A stretch of DNA of 50,787 bases from Vezdaea acicularis. Taxonomy: Eukaryota. Below the pieces are notes generated by a model. It was not told where the DNA came from. It searched no databases and saw only the letters and a list, made by a program, of their open reading frames with translations. This document shows positions 27,319-38,444 of this stretch, piece after piece. A program made the position numbers and the translations under genes. The DNA lies in assembly GCA_026025075.1 (NCBI GenBank), contig JAPEUI010000054.1, forward strand, positions 62,001 to 112,787, read 5' to 3'. Positions within the stretch are counted from its first letter, which is position 1, and every line of letters begins with the position of its first letter.

Positions 27319-29059
27319 TCAGACTCTCCGCCTCACCCCGACCATACACGCCAATGGCTTTCTCAGGAAGCCCTCCCTGGTCTCCAACTCCCCTTGCCTG
27401 AGTTCCATTTCGAACTTCCGAAACACTGTTGACACAATAAGCACCAACTCCATCTCCGCAACATTCCGACCGACGCAGGCACGTGGTCCGTAGCTAAACG
27501 GAATGAATGCATTCTTCATATTCTCGTCGAGATGGTCCCACCTTTCCGGCCTGAATGAGTCTGCGTCTGGGCCCCAAATGGATGTGCTATGATGAATGGT
27601 GTACGCGGGCACAGAAAGGGAAGTGCTGGCAGGAAAGTGGTAGCCTTTGAAAGAGATGCCTGGGCCCGGGGGAACCTGGCGGGGAAGCCCGAGAGAAGAG
27701 GTAGAGTGAATACGGAGGGTTTCGTTGATGACATTACGGAGACTGTAGGGAGCATGAGTAACGTGCTTCATAGATTAAGATATATGATTAAGATATATGA
27801 TTAAGCTTACTATGGAAGGTCTTTAACTGATGCAAAGTATGGAATGGAGGAACCATCAGGGATAGCAGCATCAAGCTCGTCTTGTAGCTTCTCCTGAACG
27901 CCAGGCGTTTTAGAGACCCAGTATACAATACTTTAATTGTAAGCAAGCGAAGAGTCTAGGAACGACTATAGGAGCTTACGCGCAAGAGGTGTTCGAGATA
28001 GTATCACTACCTGCTATTAACATTGTCAGGGCTTCCGCCGTGAGCTCCTCTCTACCCAGCTTCTTCCCTTCAGCATCCTTTCCTTCCATCAGTCTAGCCA
28101 GTAAATCAGTCCGCTGATTCGTCACCATCGCCTCGGGCTTGAGCCGTTCTCCTACACGTGCCACAGCTATTCCAGCGAGCTTCTGCACGGCTTCGAGGCC
28201 TTTGCTGAAGAAATCGTCGGGTAGCCATTTGGCATATGGCTTTATCTGAGGATAACAGCCAAGAGTTGCAGAGACCTCGCCGCGTCGATTAATCGTCCGG
28301 ATGGCAGAAGTATATGTAACAGGTGCGTCTGGAGACATTTGGACCTTCGTAATGTCTTTACCTTCTTCTAGCATGCCAAAGGGCGCCCTAATCCTCGTCG
28401 GTCAGCAATGACAAATCTCAAGCTGGTGGATAATCTAACCCAAAGGCGAGATCCCCTATTATGTCGAAGGATAGGTAGTTGAACCAACTCAAGCATTCCA
28501 TGTCTGCGAATCCTCCTTTCTTTAACTCCCGTGTGATCCCATTCCACTGCTTCACTAAAACCTCAAGGTTGTTATGAATATATTGTTCGAATTGCGTGAC
28601 ACTTCTTGGTGAGAAGGTATGCGAAACAACCTTTCTTTTACGTGTATGCTCTGCTCTATCACGTGTAGTGAAGATACCTCGCTGGATTGACACGAAGGCA
28701 TCATAATACTCACTAGGGACCTCGTCAGTGAATTTTCCATGGCTCAATCAAGTAGGAACGAGCCTTTTCAAAAATCCGTTTCCGTGTCCATATATGATTG
28801 AGATAGCATCGCTATCAGCGAACGAAATATGGTTTGGCTGAATCCGCACAACTGGCCCCAGGGTCTTGTGCGCTCTATCGACAGCAGCATATCGCCTCCC
28901 TCTCCGGCAATGAAGCATGAGCCAGCAATTTGTAAAAGCCGCGGGGAAAGGTGCAGGAATTCTAGCTAGCTGGTATGCACGAAAATAAGGCACAAGCCAG
29001 TAGCTCAGTACAAGAGCCACGAGTGTCCATGGAGTGAGAAGCCCTTCGAGGATACTCAT
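27319..29059 (-). CDS. bphA: Cytochrome P450, CYP53A benzoate 4-monooxygenase-like, 5 exons
   Basis: IYGHGNGFLK|SEYYDAFVSI, RDRAEHTRKRK, AEALTMLIAGSDT, ETLRIHSTSSLGLPR, heme motif FSYGPRACVGRNVAEMEL. Confidence 0.92.
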
Positions 29060-29590
29060 ACTCGAGACTTAGAAAATCAAAGTAGATCTAGAAACATGGA
29101 GCCTCTGAACAAGGCACTCGAGATGAAAAATCAGATTCTACCATGGAATCATGGACGGGCTAAGTCATAAGGCTGTGTGACCTTCACTTGCACTAGGTGG
29201 AACCACAAGGGTAGTTGGTGAGGCTAGCAAAGACCCTGCAAGCCACGCGATATGACCTTCCCTGAGATAATGTGCATAATAGGGCGAGAAAGGAGCAGCA
29301 TATTGACTTGGACCGTGCTAATTATTCTTTACGAATAACGTACAATAGAGCCTGAAGCATCTATTTCCTAGGGTTCACAGTGGGGGAGTTGAAGGGGGAC
29401 ATAGTTTCGACCCAGAGGTTAGGACGGTCCAATGGACCTGCCGAAACGAGTCTGTTTGCTGTGCATGCAAACGTGCCCCACACCGGGCCTAAACCTTGGC
29501 TAAGCACGTCATCCAGAGCTTCCAATCAAGTGATAAATATAAAAACGATGTAGATTGTTTTCCCCTACACAACTGAGATTGCTACAGATC

Positions 29591-31562
29591 ATGGCGCCGC
29601 TCACTGGTGCTCAGATAATTGCGCGGAGTCTCCAAGATTTGCAGATCAAGGTCATATTCGGCATCGTGGGCATACCTGTCGTCGAGATCGCAGAGGAAGC
29701 AATCAATCTTGGCATACGTTTTATAGGATTTCGTAACGAGCAAGCTGCAAGTTACGCTGCAACGGCTTATGGATACCTAACGGGGCGACCTGGAGTATGC
29801 CTTGTTGTCGGGGGCCCAGGGGTTCTTCATGCTATGGCAGGGGTACGTTTGCCCGTGCCCTCCATTTCTAGATGTTCTCTCCACTCAAAGGCCAATGCTA
29901 ATGCTAATTTCAGGTTGGCAATTCTTCTACCAATGCTTTCCCTCTACTAATACTAGCCGGCTCGAGCGAATCCCATCTAGTCACGAAGGGTGCCTTCCAG
30001 GAACTTGATGCAATATCTCTGCTCACTCCGCATACGAAGCTCTCGATTAGACCACCAACACTTGAGTTGATACCTGAAATATTAAATGGCGCTTATCGGA
30101 CATCCTGGTTTGGTAGACCTGGCACCAGCTTCGTAGATCTACCAGCAGACTTGATACAAGGTGTTGCTGAGGATGCGGACGATATCAGAAGGACTGGCGT
30201 GGTGTTAGAACCTCCTACTGGAGGAGCCAACGAGCAAAGATTGACTGGCATTATCAAGTTACTCAAGAGTGCAAAAGCTCCTCTCATAGTGATTGGGAAG
30301 GGTGCCGCTTATGCGAAGGCTGAAAAGGCCCTTCGCGAGCTTGTAGAAAAGTACGAGCCCTGTGCCTTCAATCTGCCCTAAACTGACGATGTGCTGCCCA
30401 GAACATCAATACCGTTCCTCCCAACCCCAATGGGGAAGGGCGTGCTGCCCGACTCGCATCCGCAGAACGCGTCTTCAGCTCGTTCCACAGCTCTGAAAGA
30501 GGCCGACGTAGTCCTCATTTTTGGGGCTCGCCTAAATTGGATTCTCCACTTCGGAGATATACCCAAATGGAATGCGGAGGCACGCCTTGTACAAATAGAT
30601 ATATCGCCTGAGGAGATTGGGAGAAATAGGGGTGACCCGGAACTTGGAATTATTGGCGATATCAATGTTGTTGCAAGCCAAATACTCGCCGGATTGAACG
30701 GATGGCAATGGGACAGCAGAGCGTCAAACTACGTTAAAAACCTGGCAGATGCTAAGAGTAAAAATGAGGCTCTTGCAGCTAAGAAAGCGGCAGAAGACAC
30801 GGTACCTTTGACATATACTCGAACGTTCGATGTTATCAAGCGGGTCATCCAAGGACTATCGCCTCCTCAGGACGGCAGAGTGGTATATGTATCAGAAGGT
30901 GCCAATACTATGGACATCTCCCGATCAGTGTTTCCTGTGGAATATCCTCGCCTTAGGCTGGACGCTGGAACCTATGCTACCATGGGGGTGGGGCTCGGCT
31001 ACGCTATTGCTGCGCATGCCGCGTACAACAGTGCCGATCCTGAAGGCTCGGCGGGAAAGAGTGGGAGGAAAAAGATTGTAGCCATAGAAGGAGACTCGGC
31101 ATTTGGGTTCTCTGCCATGGAGGTAGAAACCATGGCAAGGTACAACATGGACATTCTCATTTTCGTCATCAATAACGGTGGCGTCTACCACGGCGATTCG
31201 AATTCGGCAGATGAATGGCTTCAGCGCCAAAGACAAAGCGCTGGTGGCAGCAGTTCTACGAATGGGCTTCGAAGTACCAGCCTTGGCTGGGAAGTGGGGT
31301 ATGAAAAGCTCGCGGAGGCTTGTGGGGGATTGGGATTCCTCGTGAGGAATAGTGCGGAGCTAGAACATGCAACCTCTCAGGGGTTTAAAGCCAATGTTCC
31401 TGTAATTGTAAATGTAATAATTGAAGCTGGAAGCGCGAAGAAGCTAGTAAGTCTCAATAGTCTGGGAGTGTTCAGTATTTCAGCGCTAATCACTTTATTG
31501 AGCAGGAGTTCGCATGGCAAGCATCTGCGAAGAAAGGCCCAAAAAAAGATTCTAAGATCTAG
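29591..31562 (+). CDS. 2-hydroxyacyl-CoA lyase / oxalyl-CoA decarboxylase-like TPP enzyme, spliced, peroxisomal
   Basis: [44 protein letters not shown] motif GDSAFGFS...NN. Last exon [18 protein letters not shown]. Confidence 0.9.
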
Positions 31563-32463
31563 ATACCCGGCCGAGAAATTGGATATGATAGGCACCTCTG
31601 ATAGATCAAATAAAGGATTACCAAGAATGGCTTAAGAAATGGACGTGAATAAGTCTGATCGGTGGCCTTGCCTTGTACAGTACATGCAAGCAAGGTATCC
31701 ACCCCCTACGTCCACCAGCTCCCCCACCATGGTTTTGAGTTGCTCAAGCCTGTTGAACATCGAAATTAGCCGTTTCATTCCCTGGATTGTTCAAGTCCGC
31801 TGTGCCAATTCATCCTCCCAAATAGGGAGACGGGGATTCTTGGTGCTACTGGCAGCATTCCAGCATCATCAGCCTTTCCGGGCAAAGCATCCAATCAAGC
31901 ATTTTCCTCCACGACTATTTCAGCAACATCAAAGATGCAACGTCCCCTATTTTGCGCTTACGGAAGAATCACTGTTAGTCCCATTTCATCAAATACTGAA
32001 ATGAATCATTTCTGATATATTCACGGTTCAGGAAATGGGTACAGCAGGGTCGGTCTTTTGGCGGCCATAAAGCAAACGCGACTAGGATGATTATATCGGA
32101 AACGGTGTGGCAGGAGAGCACTTCTGTACTTGATCTTGTCATTGACGGAGTCCAATCTATCCCGATTCCTTGTCTCACTATAAGGGCCATGAACCGCGAA
32201 AGACGTATAACGATAACGAGTCCGTTCTCGTCTATGAACATGACGATGTGGAAGCGATTCTTCATTGTGGCCTGATTTCTTTTTCCAAGCAAACATCTAA
32301 CTATAACACAAAGATCACGAATGAACACAGACGTATCAAACAAAAAGTGCCTCTGAAAACCAACAGCGCAACCCAAAGCAAATGCGTTACATCTAACGAA
32401 CGCACAAAACCCATCCAAAGCAACGCCAACCCATGCAAGAAACCCTTGCTTTCACAGTAAAAA

Positions 32464-34657
32464 TCAATCCGAACCGGAGGTCTCTCCCTTCGCCCCATCC
32501 CCATGAAACAAGTCCTCGAACCACCCCTTGATGCCCTCAATCTTGCCCTCGAAGAAATCGGCCCAGGCCTGGATCTTCGTCTTATCGTCCTCACTCACTT
32601 TCTTCTTTCCATCGTCGCCCACGACGGGCCGTTCGGGCATGAGGTCCGGCGTGTCGACGCCGACTGGCGCGGCGGAGTGTTCGGGAGTTGGTGGGCCGGT
32701 CATGTTGGTGGGCGGGAGGTCGAGATCGGGGGCCTCGGTGGCGTTGTTCGGTGGGTCGTCCGAGTGGAGTCCAGTGGGCTTCAGGGGAAGGCGTAGGGTT
32801 CCGTTGTTCGGCTTTGGGGTGATGGCTAGCGAGTCGCAGAGGATGTTGTAGACCTCCGTGTTTTCTAGGGTATCGTCAGCTTCAATTTTGTTTTTAAATC
32901 TGGGGGAGATGGGCAAACTTACGGAAGACTTCGACTTTGCTATGCGGCTTATGGGGGAACGCAGGACCGTGGGCAACGAAGATAGCCCGCATGAGAGGGT
33001 TCTCATGGTCGTATCCGTGCAATCCGCGTGGGTGATATATCTCGTTATTCGCTTTAGCCTTCGCGACATCAAAGTCTTTCTTCGTGACGATAGCCCAGCC
33101 GGTCTCGGGGACTATCCAGAGAGGTGCTATCCTGTCATTGTTAGTGAAGTGATAGCGCTCGGGCATGGTGTCCTTCAAGTAGACCTCGTAATGGCGATCG
33201 GCCTCCGATTCAGCTACTAGCTGATCGTAGAGGCCGCGGAGGTCGTCAGGATTCTTTGGGCGGAGGCCGTAGAGCGGCCAGCCGTCGATGTGGGCGAGCT
33301 TGTCCACATCGATGATGTCGTCTAATTGTATGAGTCTCTCCGTAGCTGTTGTGGCCATCCCATGATCTGATACAACCACGATATTGACGACATCCGTCAA
33401 GTTACGGTTTGCCAGGTTGGCGAAGAGCGAGCCAAGCATGTTATCCGCGCTTGCGATCGTGTCCCTTATTTCAGTGCTGTTGGGTCCGTACAGATGACCA
33501 TCGGCGTCGACATTTGGGACATATGCGGCGATAAACTGCGGCCTCTTGTCGCCGTCGGTTGCGCTCTCATCTTCGCGGCTTGGCAGGTCGATGAGCTCTA
33601 GGATACGGTCCACTTTCCGGGAGAGGACCTCTGTGGAGTTGTATCTATCCAAGAAAGTTGGCTCGATACCCCCAACATGCGCTTCAGAACCGGGCCACAT
33701 GTGTATGGCGCTGCTGATGCCTTGTCTTTCAGCAGTCACCCATATGGGCTCTCCATTCCACCACTTTGGGTCCATCGATCTCGCGGGATCCGTGTAGAAG
33801 AACTCCGCCTCTAACTCAGGGTCCCAGAAGGTGTTCCCAACTATCCCATGGCTCTCTGGGTAGAGCCCTGTGACTAAGGTGAAGTGGTTTGGAAAGGTGA
33901 CGCTTGGGAAACTTGGCAGCATGTACTTCGGCGATATGCCGTCCTTTATGAATTTGTTGAGAGTCGGTGTCAAACCCCGATTTAGAAAGTCCGCTCGGAA
34001 GCCATCGAGAGATATCAGAATTGTTGTAGGTGCGAATATAGAGGTACCATTGCTAAGGAGCCCAGGGTTGTTCTTCGGACGAGAAGCGCGTGATATCTGA
34101 TAAGCTCCCAGAAGAATGATAAGGAAAAGGACCGTGACGAAGGAAAAGACGAAAATGAGGATGCAGCAACGAGATGGCTTTGACTTCTTGCCAAATACAT
34201 CCTGATACTTCCTCCGATCAAGCTCTGAAGACTCGTCCGAGCTCCCCGTATCATCTTCACTCCGGAAGCCCCCCTGCTCCATCTCCATCATCATCTCGCC
34301 CTCCTCGCCATGCCCTGCCATAAGTCTGCCCTTGTGGGCGCGTCTTTCTCTCCGCTCCCTCCGCCTCTTGATCTTCTCTGACTTCCCGATCTTGACTCTA
34401 CTGCCATTGCTCAGGCCTCCGCTGAAAATTCGGCGGAGACCCTCGATGGAGCTACCGCTAGCTAGGAGTTTTTCTCGCTCTTCTTCCTCTTCCAGCACGC
34501 CTCGATCGTGTTCGGCAATCTCGAGTGAGTTCTGGGCTCCATGTAAGACCTCGTCGTCTTCCGAGTCGGAGTCCTGGTCCGAGAGCGTTCGCAATGAAGA
34601 AGCGTCATCATCGTAGCTCGATGGCGCAAGGAGTGTCCGCTCCCTGTTTGTAGCCAT
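32464..34657 (-). CDS. NPP1: Nucleotide pyrophosphatase/phosphodiesterase (type I phosphodiesterase), single TM
   Basis: [41 protein letters not shown]. An intron near 32920-32875 joins to [12 protein letters not shown]. Confidence 0.92.
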
Positions 34658-36195
34658 TGTCTGAAAGCTACCTCAGGATGGAAGTCGAGTATCGAGGTTG
34701 GAGGGTTCTAGGCAATTGATATGGCCATCGCTGTATCGCGAGGTGCTTGACAGCCAAAATGCACTCAAGTCATCTGAAACACTCGTTCGGCCGTATTCCA
34801 TGGACGGTTGAGCGATAAATCGCATCTGGGTCGCGATGTCACGTGAAGCTCATTTACATAAACCATGGGCATTAGTAGAGCTGCTAGATGAAGATTCAAG
34901 CTTAATGAGTCCAGAATTTGAGGACTTCTATTATTCAGAAGGAAGTATCATGTTCGCAGATAGTCGCCCTGACCAGGGGTGAGACCACGATCCCCTCGGC
35001 AGAGCCATCGAACAAGCTTCCAGAAGCGTTGAGGGAACTTCTGCATATCATATAAGGGTTGACTAGCTGAAAGAGATTATCCAAAGCCTCCGATCTTTAG
35101 TATCCTGGGATCCGTGGACAGGAAATGCACAAAGCGCCTTTTAAGGAACACGCGTTCCCATCAGGGAATGCCCTTTTGGTTTTGATTTTGAATAACCCGA
35201 ATGCCAATCGTTATGATTCAACGGCCAAATTCAGGACTTCGAAAGGCTGATTCCAGCGAGGGAAAGAAAGCAAGAAAAATCCCCTGAAAACCACATGGTT
35301 AGAGGAAGTAACATAGGCCCGAGTGCAAGGCATTCCCCTTTGCGACCAAATGTCGTTCATTGGAGATAAACAGCTACAGTAGGCGCCCCAAAGGGCCTTG
35401 CATGATGCATGATGCAGCGCCTTATCGGTATCCCACTATCTCTCCAACATCAAGTGACCCCTCTGCATGCAACGCATTGCAGCATCGACAATATCGATAT
35501 CCCTCGACCATCGACAATATTGAAGATCCCATCGCCATCGCCTCGAACAGTAGCATGAAGGTTTTCAACCACGAAGGCCCCATTCATGACACCAGCTCTG
35601 CGCCAGGGTGAAACAGCGAGTCTCCGCGTTCCTGCAGAAGCCCCCGACCGGAACGCCCCTGGAACGGGCGCGACCGCCTGAATGACGGGCCGCCCTGAGC
35701 TGCTCTCGGCTAAGTGATTGGCGTGGTGGGTGCCGGGGATCGTCAGGAGCCAACCCCGTTCGGTCGACCGCAGCAATCGGGGGGGCGTGCCAAGCGAGTT
35801 GTTCCACCGGCGTTCGTTCGTTGCCGGGGTGTGGCAGCGCTTCTCGACGTTTCATAAGGGATCGTTGCCCTTCTTCAATTCTCCCTTCTTTTCTCTTACC
35901 CCTTCTACCACTTCCTCTCACACTCACCTCACCACAACACACCGCACCCTCTCCTTAATTGCTGAGCAATAATCTCTGAGTCCGGTACTCAGATCACATC
36001 CTCACTTTCGTTACTCCCCTCATACCCAAACCGAGTCGATCTCGCCCTTCGTTTCCTCACGCAGAACCCACAGACACAATCGCCAAGAGGTAAACAGAAT
36101 CGACCGGGTCGATCTCAGAACCTTCACTCTCAACCCCACAGAACACCAACAATAACCACAAACGCCCATAACGCCAGAAGTCACAACCAAGCAAA

Positions 36196-36663
36196 ATGCT
36201 CTTCACAGCTGCACTCACAGCCCTTGCGGCTTTCACAGCGGGCACCTCCGCCGCACTCGCCCCACGCGCCGTAACAGCCTCGACATCCTCCATGCCCGCC
36301 ATCATCTACCCAACGACCTCCTACACCTTCGCAGGCTACAATACGTCCAGCACGCCCTCCTACACCATCCCTAGCACGATCGTGACCACCAACGGCACGA
36401 GCAACTTGTCCACGTCCACGACCTCCGCGAGCAGTAGCAGCACGCCCTCAAGCCTGCTGACCGCCAGCTCAATCGGCCAATCGACTGCGACGTCCGTGGT
36501 TGTTGTGGGTGCATCCACGACGGGTGGTGCCGCTACAGCAGCCGCAGGCTCTTCCGGTACGGCGAAACCGACGCTGGCGTCTGGGGCGGCGGCGATGGTG
36601 GGCAATGCGGGACAGATGGGGTATTGTGTCGCTATTGTGTTGGTGGTGGCCCTGATGTGGTAA
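36196..36663 (+). CDS. Small Ser/Thr-rich, probably GPI-anchored cell-surface protein
   Basis: Signal-like N-terminus MLFTAALTALAAF, S/T-rich body, small-residue omega region (SGAA) and hydrophobic C-terminus. Confidence 0.8.
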   Translation: MLFTAALTALAAFTAGTSAALAPRAVTASTSSMPAIIYPTTSYTFAGYNTSSTPSYTIPSTIVTTNGTSNLSTSTTSASSSSTPSSLLTASSIGQSTATSVVVVGASTTGGAATAAAGSSGTAKPTLASGAAAMVGNAGQMGYCVAIVLVVALMW

Positions 36664-37709
36664 GGTCAGTCTATCAGGTGGATAGGCTTAGAAGGGAGGC
36701 TCATATAAGAGGGGAGGAAAAAGAAAGCTATCACACTCTCTTAGGGTAGTAAGGTCTAATTACCACCAATACCAACAGCAGCCATTCCACCAACGACTTT
36801 ATGAAAGTAGGCTTGCCGCTTCTACTGTGATCTCTTTCCGCCGCCTCGCTCTCGCAATTGCAATCTTGCTTGATATCCTCCAGCCGCTCCCAAAGCTCTG
36901 CCTTATCCACACGCTTGTCCGACCGGAACCACGAGCGATATCCCACTTGACCTTGCTTTCAGGAAATTTTTTTTCCTGCAACTCATTGAATTATCAAGGC
37001 CTTCTTGCGGAGGGTGCGTGTCAAAGGCTATGGATTGGCGTAGCATCTAAGATGGTTAGCAGCTTGGGAAAGGCCTAGGTTGTACTAAGATCTTGACTCT
37101 GATTGGTATGGATGTGCTGTATTGGTAGTTATGAATTGGCAAAAGAGTCAAACGAGGGGGGGAGCCTTGGGAATAAAAACAAAGCGTCCGTCAAAAATAA
37201 TGTAATAACTAAGTTATTGCAAAGGTGGTTGTTTCAAATATTCTAAGAGCGTAGGGACGCCATAGGAAGCAATTTTCGCGGCTTGCTGCAAAATCCCTAT
37301 ACGCAAAGCTTATTGTTCTTCTCTATTGATATCTCGTCCTTTGCAGTACTCATCTGTCCTCTTTCTCAACTTTATAGAGACCTGATGCCGCCTCCAAGCT
37401 CACTCAAACGACTGTCGGGTTCTATGTATGCCCTGGTCAACCGTGCTCGAATGCGTCTCCATTGTCTTATCATGGTAGGCGAATCCCTCCTAACCTTATC
37501 CCCAAGCACAAAAAGGGAGACCTGTTGACCCTTAAGCGATATTAATGACTTGCTAATCAGCCCGTGGCCGTCAGTCGCTGCATATCACATTGCTTACTAT
37601 ATCTCCGTTTCCACTTTGATTTAAGTGAAGAGGGCCCCTTTTGGAAGCTCGAGATACCATTATAGTAGCAATATGACGCCTCTCGCCGACAACCACTTCT
37701 TCCAGAGTA

Positions 37710-38107
37710 TCAGGAAGATAAGAGACTGTCGAGTAGTTTCTCTAGGGTGTCGGGATCGCTAATGGGTGAACTTTCCGTAGCTGCTGAAGTCGTAGTAGAC
37801 GTAGAACCTATGGAAGTTTATGCGAAGTCGTGGGAACGGTGGGTTTATTAGAGGTCTTACTAGTCGTAGTCGTAGTAGTCTTCGTCGAGGAGGTCCAAAT
37901 AGGACTAGGGCATGCTGGGGTATATGGGCATTGATGGCTACCGCACGGGCATTCACTGATACCGCATGGGCACTCGCTGGTCCCGCATGGCCCGTAGATA
38001 CAATAGGGATAAAGCGTGGTGGTCGGAGGTGGCTGGACCGAACTGGCTGCAGCAACGCCTGCCCGGAGAAATGTGAAAAAGGCTAAGAGAAGGATGTAAG
38101 GGAACAT
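37710..38107 (-). CDS. Small secreted Cys-rich protein with Ser/Thr tail
   Basis: Signal peptide MFPYILLLAFFTFLRAGVAA and PCG-x-S-x-C repeats. A putative 53-nt intron 37860-37808 extends the ORF to TGA at 37710. Confidence 0.65.
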
Positions 38108-38444
38108 GATGCGTGATTTCTGACAATCAAGGTCTTTGAGGACGTGCAAATGTGAGACCGTGTTAGGAGAAGCAGTACAGGTGATTTTGAGGTGTATGAG
38201 AGATGGGAGAAGAGGCGCAGAGGGCGGAATGTCTGACAGGGGGAGAGAATCCCCTATAAGTAGATGATGGTGCGGGGCTTACCGCTGTCTACCTGTCTAA
38301 GAAGTTGCTTTTCAGGAAAATCCACGCTAGGAAGGAGTCCTTGTAGGCGTGGTATCACCCCACCCTATTTCCCACAGTAGACAGGGTAGATTCTCAGAGG
38401 CAGAGAGAGAAAGAATATTTGGAAACAAGGGGTTATATTTGCTG

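Noticed and set aside
27773..27805. 13-bp tandem repeat GATTAAGATATAT x2.5 in a CYP53 intron
   Set aside because: Simple slippage duplication with no spacers, so not CRISPR-like.
35360..35972. Short ORFs upstream of the GPI protein gene
   Set aside because: No motifs or convincing exon structure. Likely promoter or UTR.
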